From Candidatus Multivoradales bacterium (GTDB lineage: Bacteria > Acidobacteriota > Thermoanaerobaculia > Multivoradales > JAHEKO01): DNA of 64,000 nucleotides. Shown here piece by piece: positions 7,316-18,746 of the stretch. Both the position numbers and the translations under genes were made by a program. The notes below the pieces were generated by a model. That model made no database searches, had not been told where the DNA came from, and saw only the letters and a program-made list of their open reading frames with translations. The stretch covers positions 608,001 to 672,000 of the forward strand of contig CBDCXM010000009.1 of NCBI GenBank assembly GCA_965223855.1, written 5' to 3'. The first letter of the stretch is position 1, and every line of letters begins with the position of its first letter.

Positions 7316-10300
7316 CTACTCCGGTCGCAAGGCCCGCACCGGGTCCGCCGGCTGCTCGGGAATCTCGGGCCAGTCGCCCTCCTCGAGCAGACGCAGCGCC
7401 TCCGCCACCGCCGCCTCGAGTTGCGGATCGCCGCCGGCGATCACCTCCTTCGGCGTCATCTCGACCTCGATGTCGGGGGCCACCCCCTCGTTCTCGACCG
7501 CCCAGCCGTCCTCGGTGAAGAAGCCTCCACGCGGTGCGGTGATGAAGCCTCCGTCGACGAGCGGGGGTACGTCCCAGATGCCGACCAGGCCGCCCCAGGT
7601 GCGGGTGCCGACGAGCGGACCGATCCCCATGTTGCGGAACATCCACGGCATCAGGTCGCCGCCCGAGCCGGCGAGCTCGTTGACGATCATCACCTTGGGC
7701 CCCCAGATCCCCGCCCCGGGGTTGGTGAACGGGCGGTTTTCGCCCACCGGGTTGTTGAAGAAGCCCTGGAGTTTGCGGGACAGCAGATCGACAACCCAGT
7801 CGGCCGCGTAGCCGCCCCCGTTGTAGCGCTCGTCGATGACGGCGCCCTGCTTGTCCTGCTGGGCGAAGTAGTAGCGGTTGAACTGGGTGTAGCCGGCGCC
7901 GGCGGTGTTGGGGAGCCAGACGTAGGCGAGGCGGCCGCCGGAGAGTTCGTCGACCTTGCGGCGGTTGTCCTCGATCCAGCGGCGGCGACGCAGCAGCCGC
8001 TCGTTGGCCACCGGCACCACGGTGACGTCGTGCTCGTCGTCGCCGCGGCGCAGCGTCAGCACGGTCTGGCGCTCGGCCGTGCCCTCGAAGAGGCTGTGGG
8101 GGTTGGTCGGCGCCGTCAGATCGACGCCGTCGACGGCGATCAGCAGGTCGCCCTCGCGGACGTCGATTCCGGGCGCGGCCAGCGGCGCGCGCAGCTCGGG
8201 ATTCCAGTTCTCGCCGGTGTAGATGCGCGCGATGCGGTACCGCTCGCCCCCTGTCTCCCCCTCGAGCTCGAGGTCGGCGCCCAGCAGGCCGATCGGCACC
8301 TCGTCGACGTCGGGACGGTCGCCGCCGCCGGTGAACGAGTGGCCGACCGAGGTCTCGCCACCCATGATGTCGAGCAGGTGGGTGAGATCGCTACGGTGGC
8401 CGACGTGCTCGACCCACGGCGAGTAGGCCTCGTAGACCCAGTCCCAGTCGGCACCGTGGAGGTTGTCGACATAGAAGAAGTCGCGCTGGTAGCGCCACGC
8501 CTCACGGAACATCTGGCGCCACTCGGCCCGCGGGTCGATGCGGGCGCGCAGACTCATGTCGAGGGCGCCGTCGCCGGCAGACGGCTTGGAGCCGGTCTCG
8601 ACGACGTGCCACCCGCCGCCGCTCGCGTATAGCAGGTGCGAGCCGTCGGCGGAGACGACCCAGCCGCCGACGCCGGTGGCGAACTCTTCCGCCTCCCGTT
8701 CTTCGAAGCTGTACTTGTGGAGCGTCAGCGTGCGCTCGTTCGGCACCCGTTCGGTGACGAACACGACACCCTCGGGGCCGGCCTTCACCCGCACGTAGGG
8801 CCGCGACGGCATCGAGACCGAGAGGATGCGGTCGCGAAGACCGTCGAAGTCGATCTTCACCTCGGGAGCGTCGTCCTCCTCCGCGTCGTCGCCCTCGTCG
8901 TCGCTCTCATCCGTCTCGCTCTCCGCCTCGCTCTCTTCCTCGACGGGCTCCTCGTCGCTCTCCGGCAGCAGCGGTGAGGGGGTGTCGGCGCCGAGCACCG
9001 CGAAGTAGAGCTCGCGCCGCACCTCGTGCTCGATCGACGACAGATCCAGCCAGCCACTCGAGACCGAGTAGTTGGTGCTGCCGAGGAACCACAGGTACTT
9101 GCCGCTCGCGTCCCAGGCGGGCGAGATCACGTCCGACAACGAGTCGGTGATCTGGTGGGTCGTACCGTCCGCGGTCGAGTAGACGAAGATCGCGTGGTAC
9201 TGGTTGTCGAGACGTTTGGCGTATGCGATCCACTTCGAATCGGGCGACCACACCGGATCCATCGTCCGCTCCGGGTGGGCGAAGGCGTCGGTGTCGACGA
9301 GGGTCTGCTCACCGCTCTCGACGTCGAGGTGCCACAGCCGGATCTCCTCGTCGGTGTAGGTGAGCGACTTCGAATCGGGCGACCACGACGGGGTGAAGTA
9401 GAAGGTCGGGCTCTCGAGGGCGATCGTGCGCGGCTCCTCGAGCCCCTTCTGGTCGGAGATCACCAGCGCGTACTCGCCGCCGGAGTCGGAGAACCACGAG
9501 ATCCACCGGCCGTCCGGCGACCACGCCGGCGCACGCTCGGCCGAGCCCGAGCTGCGGGTGAGGTTGCGCCAGTTGCCCTTGTCGGTCGGCACGGTGAAGA
9601 TCTCGCCGCGCGCCTCGAAGACGGCGCGCTGGCCGGTCGGCGACAGTGCCGCCTGCCGCACCGCATCGCCGACCTCTTCCCACTGCGCTCGGGTCCACGG
9701 CAGGTCGCCCACCACCTCGAAAGCGAGCTGGCGGCTGCCGCCCGCGGGATCCCAGGCATGCAGGTAGCCGCCCGCCTCGTAGGTCAGCCGCCCGCCTCCG
9801 GCGGTCAGGTTCTTGGCATCGAAGACCTTGTGGAAGGTCACCTGCTCGACACTGTCACTGCCGGGCGTCCAGGCGTAGACGTTCTTCACGTAGTCGCGGT
9901 CAGAGAGGAAGTAGACCGTGTCGCCGAGCCACACCGGGTCGGTGTTGTCCGACCCGTCCGCGTCCTGAGGCGACTTCGTCAGCTCGTAGCTTTCGAGATC
10001 GACGACCCAGATCGGCGCCGCCTGCCCGCCGCGGTAGTTGCGCCACTCGCGGTCCCAGCGCACGTAGGGCTCGTAGGCGAGCCGGCCGCCGTCGGGCGAC
10101 AGACTGCCGACCGAGCCGCGCGGGATCGCCAGCGCCGTCGGCAACCCGCCGTCGACGCTCACCCGCCAGTAGCGCCCCATGAGGATCGGCGCGTCGTCGC
10201 GGGTCGAGAGGAAGAGCACCTCCGAGCCGTCCGGCGACCAGCCGATCGGGGAGTCGGGCGCCGGGTGCCAGGTGAGTCGCCGCGGCGTTCCGCCGTCGAC

Positions 10301-10579
10301 GCTCACCACGTAGACGTCGACGTTGCCGTCGTACTCGCCGCTGAAGGCGATCCACTCGCCGTCGGGCGAGAAGGTCGGTGAGCTCTCGCTGCCGGGGAAG
10401 ACCGTCAGCCGCCGCGCTTCGCCACCGTCACGGTCGGCGACCCAGAGATCGTTGGCGTAGGCGAACGCGATCCGGGACTCGCTCAGCGTCGGGTGCCGGA
10501 GCAGGCGGGTGCCTTCGTCGGCGGCGACGGGGGAAATGGCGGAAAGAGCCAGGGCGATGATCGGCGACAGTTTGCGCAT
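7316..10579 (-). CDS. Tricorn-like S41 family protease (beta-propellers, PDZ, S41 domain), secreted
   Basis: Signal peptide MRKLSPII after GAGGAGG RBS; PD40 repeats; IDERYNGGG, AGSGGD, GTRTWGG. Confidence 0.92.
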   Translation of the reverse strand: MRKLSPIIALALSAISPVAADEGTRLLRHPTLSESRIAFAYANDLWVADRDGGEARRLTVFPGSESSPTFSPDGEWIAFSGEYDGNVDVYVVSVDGGTPRRLTWHPAPDSPIGWSPDGSEVLFLSTRDDAPILMGRYWRVSVDGGLPTALAIPRGSVGSLSPDGGRLAYEPYVRWDREWRNYRGGQAAPIWVVDLESYELTKSPQDADGSDNTDPVWLGDTVYFLSDRDYVKNVYAWTPGSDSVEQVTFHKVFDAKNLTAGGGRLTYEAGGYLHAWDPAGGSRQLAFEVVGDLPWTRAQWEEVGDAVRQAALSPTGQRAVFEARGEIFTVPTDKGNWRNLTRSSGSAERAPAWSPDGRWISWFSDSGGEYALVISDQKGLEEPRTIALESPTFYFTPSWSPDSKSLTYTDEEIRLWHLDVESGEQTLVDTDAFAHPERTMDPVWSPDSKWIAYAKRLDNQYHAIFVYSTADGTTHQITDSLSDVISPAWDASGKYLWFLGSTNYSVSSGWLDLSSIEHEVRRELYFAVLGADTPSPLLPESDEEPVEEESEAESETDESDDEGDDAEEDDAPEVKIDFDGLRDRILSVSMPSRPYVRVKAGPEGVVFVTERVPNERTLTLHKYSFEEREAEEFATGVGGWVVSADGSHLLYASGGGWHVVETGSKPSAGDGALDMSLRARIDPRAEWRQMFREAWRYQRDFFYVDNLHGADWDWVYEAYSPWVEHVGHRSDLTHLLDIMGGETSVGHSFTGGGDRPDVDEVPIGLLGADLELEGETGGERYRIARIYTGENWNPELRAPLAAPGIDVREGDLLIAVDGVDLTAPTNPHSLFEGTAERQTVLTLRRGDDEHDVTVVPVANERLLRRRRWIEDNRRKVDELSGGRLAYVWLPNTAGAGYTQFNRYYFAQQDKQGAVIDERYNGGGYAADWVVDLLSRKLQGFFNNPVGENRPFTNPGAGIWGPKVMIVNELAGSGGDLMPWMFRNMGIGPLVGTRTWGGLVGIWDVPPLVDGGFITAPRGGFFTEDGWAVENEGVAPDIEVEMTPKEVIAGGDPQLEAAVAEALRLLEEGDWPEIPEQPADPVRALRPE

Positions 10580-10776
10580 CGGACCTCCTCGGTGACGCGT
10601 CTTCGGCGGCGGGGCGCGATCGCATCCGCGAGCCGGAAACATGAGCAGACAGCGAACCTCGATCTTAGTCGAGCGAGTCGCGGCTCCCTCTTGCCCGCTC
10701 GTCGGCAGGGAATCGTGCCGGGGCCGACGGAGGTAGTAGGGAGTACAAGGTCAACGATCGCGCCGAGGAGACACCG

Positions 10777-12171
10777 ATGATCGAGTTCGTCACCCTGTTC
10801 CTGGGACTGGCCGCCGGGCCCCAGACCGTCGAGGTCACGGCCGGCGACGCCACCGCGGAAGTCCGCCTGCTGCTCGACGGGGAGATTGTGGCGACGGACA
10901 GCGACAGCCCCTGGAGCCTGTCGTTCGACCTCGGCGCAGCGATGCGGCCCCACCTGCTCGAGGCGGTCGCGTTCGACGGGAACGGCAGGGAGCTCGGCCG
11001 TGCCGCTCAGCCGCTCAACCTGCCGCGCCCGGCGGCCGAGGCCCGGATCGCTCTCGAACGCGAGCCGGACGGCCGCGTGACCGAGGCGCACCTGTCGTGG
11101 GAGAGCACGGTCCGCGCCCGACCGCTGCGAACGGAGGCGTGGCTCGACGAAGCTCCGCTCGACGTCAGCGACATGCCGCGCATCCCGATCCCCTCCTACG
11201 ATCGGACGACCTTCCACCTGCTGCAGGCCGAGCTCGAGTTTTCGGCCGACGTGGCGGCCCACGCTCACGCCGCCTTCGGCGGCGCCTACGCCGACGAGTC
11301 ACGCACCGACCTCACCGCCTTCCCGGTCGTCGCCGCGAGACGGGCCCGGCAGGCCAGCCCCGACGCGATGAGTGACTGGTTCCTCACCTCTCCCCCGAGT
11401 CGTGTCGTCGCTCTCGAGAAGGGGGGTCTCGACCTGGTTCTCGTCCGCGGGCCGGGCGTTTCGCGTGCGCTGGCCGGGCTCGAGGGGGGGTTCACCAACG
11501 ACCTGACCTCCGGCGGACTCTCGAGCGGCGGAAGCCCCGGTGGGGTGGGGAGCATCAACGACGTCGGCCAGATCGCCAACATGGGTGTCGCCCGGGAGAC
11601 CGAGCGTTTGCGGCAGGTGATGGCGCTGGAGGGCAACCAGCGGCTGCGCATTCTCGAGCCGCGGGCCCGCCGGCAGACCGGTCGCGGCACCGAGATGGAA
11701 GTGTTCGCGCTCTCGCCGGAGATCACCAACGAGCGTGGAGGCCTCTACTGGGCGCTGATGCAGGAGATCGAGCTACCCGGCCTCGCTCCGGAGCTACGCC
11801 TCGCCGATGCGGTGTCGGTCGCCGCCCTGCAGGCGGCCAACGGCAATCGGCGCCGGGCCGTGCTGCTGGTGCTGGCCGACGAGGCCTCGGACGAGAGCCG
11901 TCATGCAGTGTCGACGGTGCGCAGCTACCTGGCGGCACTCCAGGTGCCGCTGGTCGTGTGGCGGGTCGGCGAGGGCGCCGGCGCGTGGCGGGAGTGGGGA
12001 GAGGCGACCGAGATCCCTCACTTCCGGGGGCTCCAGAACTCCGCCCGCAAGCTGGCCGATCAGCTCGATCGGCAGGCGATCGTCTGGCTCGAGGGACATC
12101 ACCTCCCGAACGCCGTCGAGCTCACGGCCACCGCGCGAAGGTACGTCTCGAAGGCGACCGCCGGGCTCTGA
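10777..12171 (+). CDS. Hypothetical exported protein, Ig-like N-terminus plus vWA-like C-terminus
   Basis: GAGGAG RBS; VRLLLDG...PHLLEAVAFDGNG (Ig-like); RRRAVLLVL...DES (vWA-like). Confidence 0.6.
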   Translation: MIEFVTLFLGLAAGPQTVEVTAGDATAEVRLLLDGEIVATDSDSPWSLSFDLGAAMRPHLLEAVAFDGNGRELGRAAQPLNLPRPAAEARIALEREPDGRVTEAHLSWESTVRARPLRTEAWLDEAPLDVSDMPRIPIPSYDRTTFHLLQAELEFSADVAAHAHAAFGGAYADESRTDLTAFPVVAARRARQASPDAMSDWFLTSPPSRVVALEKGGLDLVLVRGPGVSRALAGLEGGFTNDLTSGGLSSGGSPGGVGSINDVGQIANMGVARETERLRQVMALEGNQRLRILEPRARRQTGRGTEMEVFALSPEITNERGGLYWALMQEIELPGLAPELRLADAVSVAALQAANGNRRRAVLLVLADEASDESRHAVSTVRSYLAALQVPLVVWRVGEGAGAWREWGEATEIPHFRGLQNSARKLADQLDRQAIVWLEGHHLPNAVELTATARRYVSKATAGL

Positions 12172-12195
12172 GTCCCCGGAGGGTCGGCCGGCGGG

Positions 12196-13181
12196 CTACT
12201 GCTGCTGGTCGAGGCGCATCTCGAGCCTCTGATCCATCTCGAGCGACGTTCCCATGGTCTGGTCGCCGAAGGTCATGGCGATGTCCATCCTGACGACGAA
12301 GTCGAGGTCGCTCGTGCGGGTCACACCGGTGGCCGGCTCGACGCACAGGCTGCCGCTGCCCGACATCTCGTGCACGGTGGCCTTCATGTCGAAGCCTTCG
12401 GCCTCCGGGAGGCCCAGCATCCCGAAGAGCCCGGCGAAATCGAGATCGACGTCGGAGGTCATCTCGACGCCGATGCCGGCGCAGTCGCCCTCCTCACTCT
12501 TCTCGAGGCCCAGATACTCGTAGCTCACATCGGTCTCGAACTTGCCGAAGATCGGGTTGCTGAGATCGAGAGTCGTCTGCCAGGTGTCGCCGACGACGAC
12601 CGCCTCCTCCGGGAAGACGACGCCGTTCATCTGCATCTGCGAGCGGAACGCCTCGTCGCCGAAGGCGGCCTTCGTCTGTTCGAGCACCAGCGCCATCTGC
12701 GGATCGTCGGAGGACAACGACTCCCACAGCTCGTCGAAGCCTTCGATGTCGACGATGCTGGCGTCGCTCGCCTGATGGACGACGACCTCGTGCCCGATCA
12801 TCGCCAGCACGGGGGCGAGTTCGTCCGGCGCCTCTTCGTCCGACTCCGAGTCGAAGGTCATCCCGCCTTCGTCTTCGCCGCGCAACTCCATCTGCACCCG
12901 CTCGATCACCTGACGGGTGGTGATCGTCCCGTCGGCCGCCGCCTCGAGCACGTCCTGGCGCGCCGTCAGGGTCTGAACGCTCGTCATCGCGACCGTCTGA
13001 TCGGGCCCCATCGACAGCCTCATGTCCTGCTCGATCTGTGCGGTCATCACGTAGCTCGACCCCGGTGGAGGCTGGAAACGCAGGAACCACGCGTCGTCCT
13101 CGGTCGCCGCGGCTCGCGCGCCCGTCGCAGTCGCCAGCGCGAGAGCCAGGACCGAGACTCCTCTGAGGAAACTGCGGCCGA

Positions 13182-13185
<4 letters not shown>
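12196..13185 (-). CDS. Exported beta-rich hypothetical protein (DUF6263-like)
   Basis: Signal peptide; FPEEAVVVGDTW motif; overlaps the gdh stop codon. Confidence 0.6.
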
Positions 13186-14594
<1,409 letters not shown>

Positions 14595-14627
14595 GGGGGA
14601 TCCCTCCCTTGGAGCCGGATGTGCCGG

Positions 14628-16256
14628 TTAGCGCTTGATTCTCGCCCCCTGCTCCTCGACCGAGAGGATCCAACCGACGATCTTCCCCGGCTGGAGGGGG
14701 CTGTTCTCTTTCCAGAAACGAGCGTCCCGAAGATATCGGCTCGATGTGTCGTTCTCTGGGATGTTCTGCGTCTCGGCGTGGATCGCGCGCACCCGCTCGA
14801 CCCAGCGACGACAGTTGTCGGGTCTGAGATCGACCCACCCGGCCTCGCACCACTGATCGATCAGCTCCGGCGTCGTCGGCCGCGCCTCACAACCGCTCGG
14901 CACGATGACCTTCGGGCCGCGCAGCAGCTTGCCGTCGGAGCGCAGGATCGGAATGCCGATCGCCGCCACCTCGTCGACAACCCTCGGGTTCTCGCGTACC
15001 AGCGCGTCGAGTCCCGCCGCGACCTCCTCCGGCTCGAGCTTGCGCAGCTCAGCCATCGAGCCGAACGCCTCGCGCAGCAGGTGAGCCTCGAACAGCAGCT
15101 TGGTGTTGCGCGGCGGGCCTAGCATCTCGAAGGCGACGCTTTTGACCTCGCCGCCACGCTCGAGCTCGGCCATCTTCTCGAGCGCCCAGTGGCGCATGAG
15201 CCCGGCGCGGTAGGTGGGGCCGAGCACCGCGTTGTCGAGCGCGTTGACGATGTCGTGCCCTGTGTTGCCGCCCTCGATCTCGAAAACCAGATAGCGGGCG
15301 ATCTCCTCGGGGGTGACGAACTCCATCTGGCGCGCGGTGGTCAGGAGGGCGAACTCCTCGAGGCTGAAGAGGCCGTTCTCGCCGGTGTCGATGAAGACCG
15401 TCTCCAGCACCTCTTCGGTCTCCCTGCCGGCTGACGGGTCGTGGGTCGAGAAGGTGTCGCCGAGCTCGGTCTCCGCCGCCTCGACCAGGTGGATCGGCTG
15501 TCCCTTGCGGCGGATCGGACCGTGGTCGATCGCCTTCCAGGCGATCGCCGCCGCCGGTTTGATCTCCTTGACGATCGGCCCGCCGGCGGTGCGCCCCATG
15601 AGGAAGAGGAGCATCGAATGGGCGCCCGCCATCGCCGCCTTGGAGAGCAGTGTGCGGCTCGGCTTCTCCTCCGAGTGCGTGTAGGGAACGTTGAGGCCCA
15701 TGCCGCCGGTGCCGCTGGTGCCGACCTTCATGTAGACCGAAGCGCGGCAGTCGGTGAGACCGCGGTAGAGCACCTGGATGTGGCGGATGAGCCGCGGCAC
15801 GTAGAGCGCCTCGAGCAGGTCGCGAGCGGTCTCGTCGTCAACCCCGCCGTCGGCGAGCTGGTGCCACAGCTTCTCGGCGTTCGGGTAGATGTCCTTGTAG
15901 GCGATCGCCGTCGCCGTGTTGACGCAGTCGATCACCACGTCGGGACGACTGTCGACGAGGAGCTTGTAAAGCAGGAACTCCTCCAGATCCTCGTCGGCGA
16001 GCTGATGGAGCTGAGCACCGATCCGCTCGTCGCGGTCGGCCTCGTGGTCGAGGCCGAAGATGTCGCCGCCCGACACGGTGAGCTTCGTGCCGTTCGCCTC
16101 GGCCGAGAGCTCCTCGCGCGCCTGCTCCGACTCCTCGAGGTGCAGCGAGTGGATCTGGATCTCCCCGGCACCGCGCTCGAGCAGCTCCCTGCACACGGCA
16201 GTGCCGACGAGGCCATAGCCTCCCAGCACCAGGACTCTGCTGCCTGCGATCTTCAT
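14628..16256 (-). CDS. Uncharacterised NAD(P)-binding Rossmann-fold protein (~542 aa)
   Basis: Start MKIAGSRVLVLGGYGLVG (GGxGxxG). The upstream extension in the ORF track overlaps the YfiT-like gene and is rejected. Confidence 0.7.
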   Translation of the reverse strand: MKIAGSRVLVLGGYGLVGTAVCRELLERGAGEIQIHSLHLEESEQAREELSAEANGTKLTVSGGDIFGLDHEADRDERIGAQLHQLADEDLEEFLLYKLLVDSRPDVVIDCVNTATAIAYKDIYPNAEKLWHQLADGGVDDETARDLLEALYVPRLIRHIQVLYRGLTDCRASVYMKVGTSGTGGMGLNVPYTHSEEKPSRTLLSKAAMAGAHSMLLFLMGRTAGGPIVKEIKPAAAIAWKAIDHGPIRRKGQPIHLVEAAETELGDTFSTHDPSAGRETEEVLETVFIDTGENGLFSLEEFALLTTARQMEFVTPEEIARYLVFEIEGGNTGHDIVNALDNAVLGPTYRAGLMRHWALEKMAELERGGEVKSVAFEMLGPPRNTKLLFEAHLLREAFGSMAELRKLEPEEVAAGLDALVRENPRVVDEVAAIGIPILRSDGKLLRGPKVIVPSGCEARPTTPELIDQWCEAGWVDLRPDNCRRWVERVRAIHAETQNIPENDTSSRYLRDARFWKENSPLQPGKIVGWILSVEEQGARIKR

Positions 16257-16397
16257 GCGTCTCTCGGGGATGAAAAAGCACCCGGCCGGCACGCGGGTGC
16301 TCGTCGAGGAGCTTAGCAGGGAGGAACCGGTCGCGTTCCGGTCGGTTCGCGATCTGCGAGGTTGACTGCCGCGCGACGCTGGCGGACGATTCGAGGC

Positions 16398-16919
16398 ATG
16401 AGCGACCCGCGCTACCCCATCGGCCCCTTCGACCAGCCCGACTCCCTGACCTCCGACGAGCGCGCCCGCGCGATCGCGGTCCTGGCCGCGTTGCCCGTCG
16501 AGCTGCGCGCCGCCGTCGAAGGGCTCTCCGACGAACAGCTCGACACTCCCTACCGCGACGGTGGGTGGACGCTTCGTCAGGTCGTCCACCACCTTCCCGA
16601 CAGCCACATGAACAGCTTCGTGCGCTTCAGGAAGGGGCTGACCGAGGACGAGCCGACGATCGGCACCTACGAGGAGGCGCGGTGGGCCGAGCTTCCCGAT
16701 GCGGCGCTGCCGATCGACGTCTCGCTGCGCCTCATCGAGGCTCTGCACGAACGGTGGGTCGCCATGCTCGGCGCTCTCGACGACGAGCAGTGGGCGCGCC
16801 GGATCGACCACCCCGAGATCGGGTGGATGCGGCTCGACCAGCTCCTCGCTCTCTACGAGTGGCATTCGCTTCACCACGTGGCGCACATCCGCTCGCTTCG
16901 CGACCGCGAGGGTTGGTAG
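16398..16919 (+). CDS. YfiT/DinB family metal-dependent (bacillithiol) S-transferase
   Basis: [36 protein letters not shown]. Confidence 0.88.
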   Translation: MSDPRYPIGPFDQPDSLTSDERARAIAVLAALPVELRAAVEGLSDEQLDTPYRDGGWTLRQVVHHLPDSHMNSFVRFRKGLTEDEPTIGTYEEARWAELPDAALPIDVSLRLIEALHERWVAMLGALDDEQWARRIDHPEIGWMRLDQLLALYEWHSLHHVAHIRSLRDREGW

Positions 16920-17028
16920 TCTTCGCGAGCCTCTTGGGAAGAGCCGCTCCGGCGGCCCACCTCATCGCCTGACATTCAGGCGCCTTCCGAATCCTCCCGA
17001 CCCGACGTCTCTGGAGTCTGCCCGAGCT

Positions 17029-18639
17029 ATGGACAACCAAGGCCCGGCCGTGAATCGCCACGGCCTCGAACCGCACGGCATCACCGACGCCGCCACCGTT
17101 TACTGGAATCTCTCGGCGCCCGCCCTCTACGAACGGGCGCTCGCCAACGGCGAGGCCGAACTCACGGCACACGGGCCGCTGGCAGCACGCACCGGCGAGC
17201 GCACGGGGCGCTCCCCCAACGACAAGTTCGTCGTCAGGAGTGGCGCCTCGGCGGAGGAGATCTGGTGGGGCCAGGTCAATCGGCCGTTCGAGCCCGAGCG
17301 CTTCGAAGCCCTCGAGGCGAAGGTGCTCGACCACTACCGGGGACGGGACCTCTACGTCTTCGACGGCTATGCCGGCGCCGACCCCGAGCACCGGATGCGG
17401 GTGCGGGTGATCACCGAGTTCGCCTGGCACGCCCTGTTTGCCCGCAACATGTTCGTCCGCGAGACCGACCCGGAGGTGCTGGCCGGCTTCGAGCCTGAGT
17501 TCACGGTGCTGAGCGCGCCGACGCTCTCGGCCGACCCCGAGGCCGACGGGGTGAACTCGGAGGCGTTCATCGTCGTCGACATCGAGCGCCACAAGGTGCT
17601 CGTCGGCGGCACCCGCTACGCCGGCGAGATCAAGAAGAGCATCTTCTCGGTGATGAACTACTACCTGCCGCGCAAGGGGGTGCTGTCGATGCACTGCTCG
17701 GCCAACTACGGCGCGACGCCCGACGACACGGCGCTCTTCTTCGGCCTCTCCGGCACCGGCAAGACGACGCTCTCGGCCGACCCGAACCGCACCCTCATCG
17801 GTGACGACGAGCACGGCTGGAGCGAGCGCGGCACCTTCAACATCGAGGGGGGCTGTTACGCCAAGGTGATCCGGCTGTCGGCAGAGGGGGAGCCCGACAT
17901 CTACCGCACCACCCGCACCTTCGGCACCATCCTCGAGAACGTGGTGGTCGACCCGGCGACGCGCGAGCTCGACCTCGACGATGCGCGCTACACCGAGAAC
18001 ACCCGCTCGAGCTACCCGATCACCCAGCTGCCGAACGCCGACCTCGGCGGCTGCGCCGGCCACCCGAAGCAGATCCTCTTCCTCACCGCCGACGCCTTCG
18101 GCGTGCTGCCGCCGATCGCCCGGCTGACCGAGGAGCAGGCGCTCTACCACTTCCTCTCCGGCTACACCGCCAAGGTCGCCGGCACCGAGGGCGGGGTCAC
18201 CGAGCCCAAGGCGACCTTCTCGGCCTGCTTCGGAGCGCCGTTCATGCCGCTCCACCCGGGGCGCTACGCCGAACTGCTGGGCGAGAAGATCCGCCGCCAC
18301 GGCGCCACGGCGTGGCTGATCAACACCGGCTGGACCGGCGGCCCCTACGGCACCGGCGAGCGGATGAAGCTCTCCCACACCCGGCGCATGGTGACGGCGG
18401 CGCTCTGCGGCGAGCTCGACGCCACCCCCTGCCGCACCGATCCGGTGTTCGGCCTCGAAGTGCCCGAAGCAGTCGACGGAGTGCCGACCGGGGTTCTCGA
18501 CCCGCGCGGCACCTGGGCCGACCCGGTGGCCTACGACGAGCTGGCAGCGAAGCTGGCGCAGATGTTCCGCGACAACTTCGAGCCGTACCGCGACGGCGTC
18601 TCCGACGCGGTGGCAGCGGCCGGGCCGCCCGAGCGGTAG
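17029..18639 (+). CDS. pckA: Phosphoenolpyruvate carboxykinase (ATP)
   Basis: [47 protein letters not shown]. Confidence 0.96.
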   Translation: MDNQGPAVNRHGLEPHGITDAATVYWNLSAPALYERALANGEAELTAHGPLAARTGERTGRSPNDKFVVRSGASAEEIWWGQVNRPFEPERFEALEAKVLDHYRGRDLYVFDGYAGADPEHRMRVRVITEFAWHALFARNMFVRETDPEVLAGFEPEFTVLSAPTLSADPEADGVNSEAFIVVDIERHKVLVGGTRYAGEIKKSIFSVMNYYLPRKGVLSMHCSANYGATPDDTALFFGLSGTGKTTLSADPNRTLIGDDEHGWSERGTFNIEGGCYAKVIRLSAEGEPDIYRTTRTFGTILENVVVDPATRELDLDDARYTENTRSSYPITQLPNADLGGCAGHPKQILFLTADAFGVLPPIARLTEEQALYHFLSGYTAKVAGTEGGVTEPKATFSACFGAPFMPLHPGRYAELLGEKIRRHGATAWLINTGWTGGPYGTGERMKLSHTRRMVTAALCGELDATPCRTDPVFGLEVPEAVDGVPTGVLDPRGTWADPVAYDELAAKLAQMFRDNFEPYRDGVSDAVAAAGPPER

Positions 18640-18746
18640 AGCGTTCCCCATTCTTTGTTCGTGCCCATCGCCGAGGCGATCGGGCCGAGTCCGATCCTCG
18701 CGCTTCGGAGGGAGGGCATCGCCGCTGAGCTTGTGAGCCCGGCGCG

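Noticed and set aside
8860-8960. Low-complexity CTC/GTC-rich stretch
   Set aside because: Encodes the acidic linker of the tricorn protease; not a repeat element
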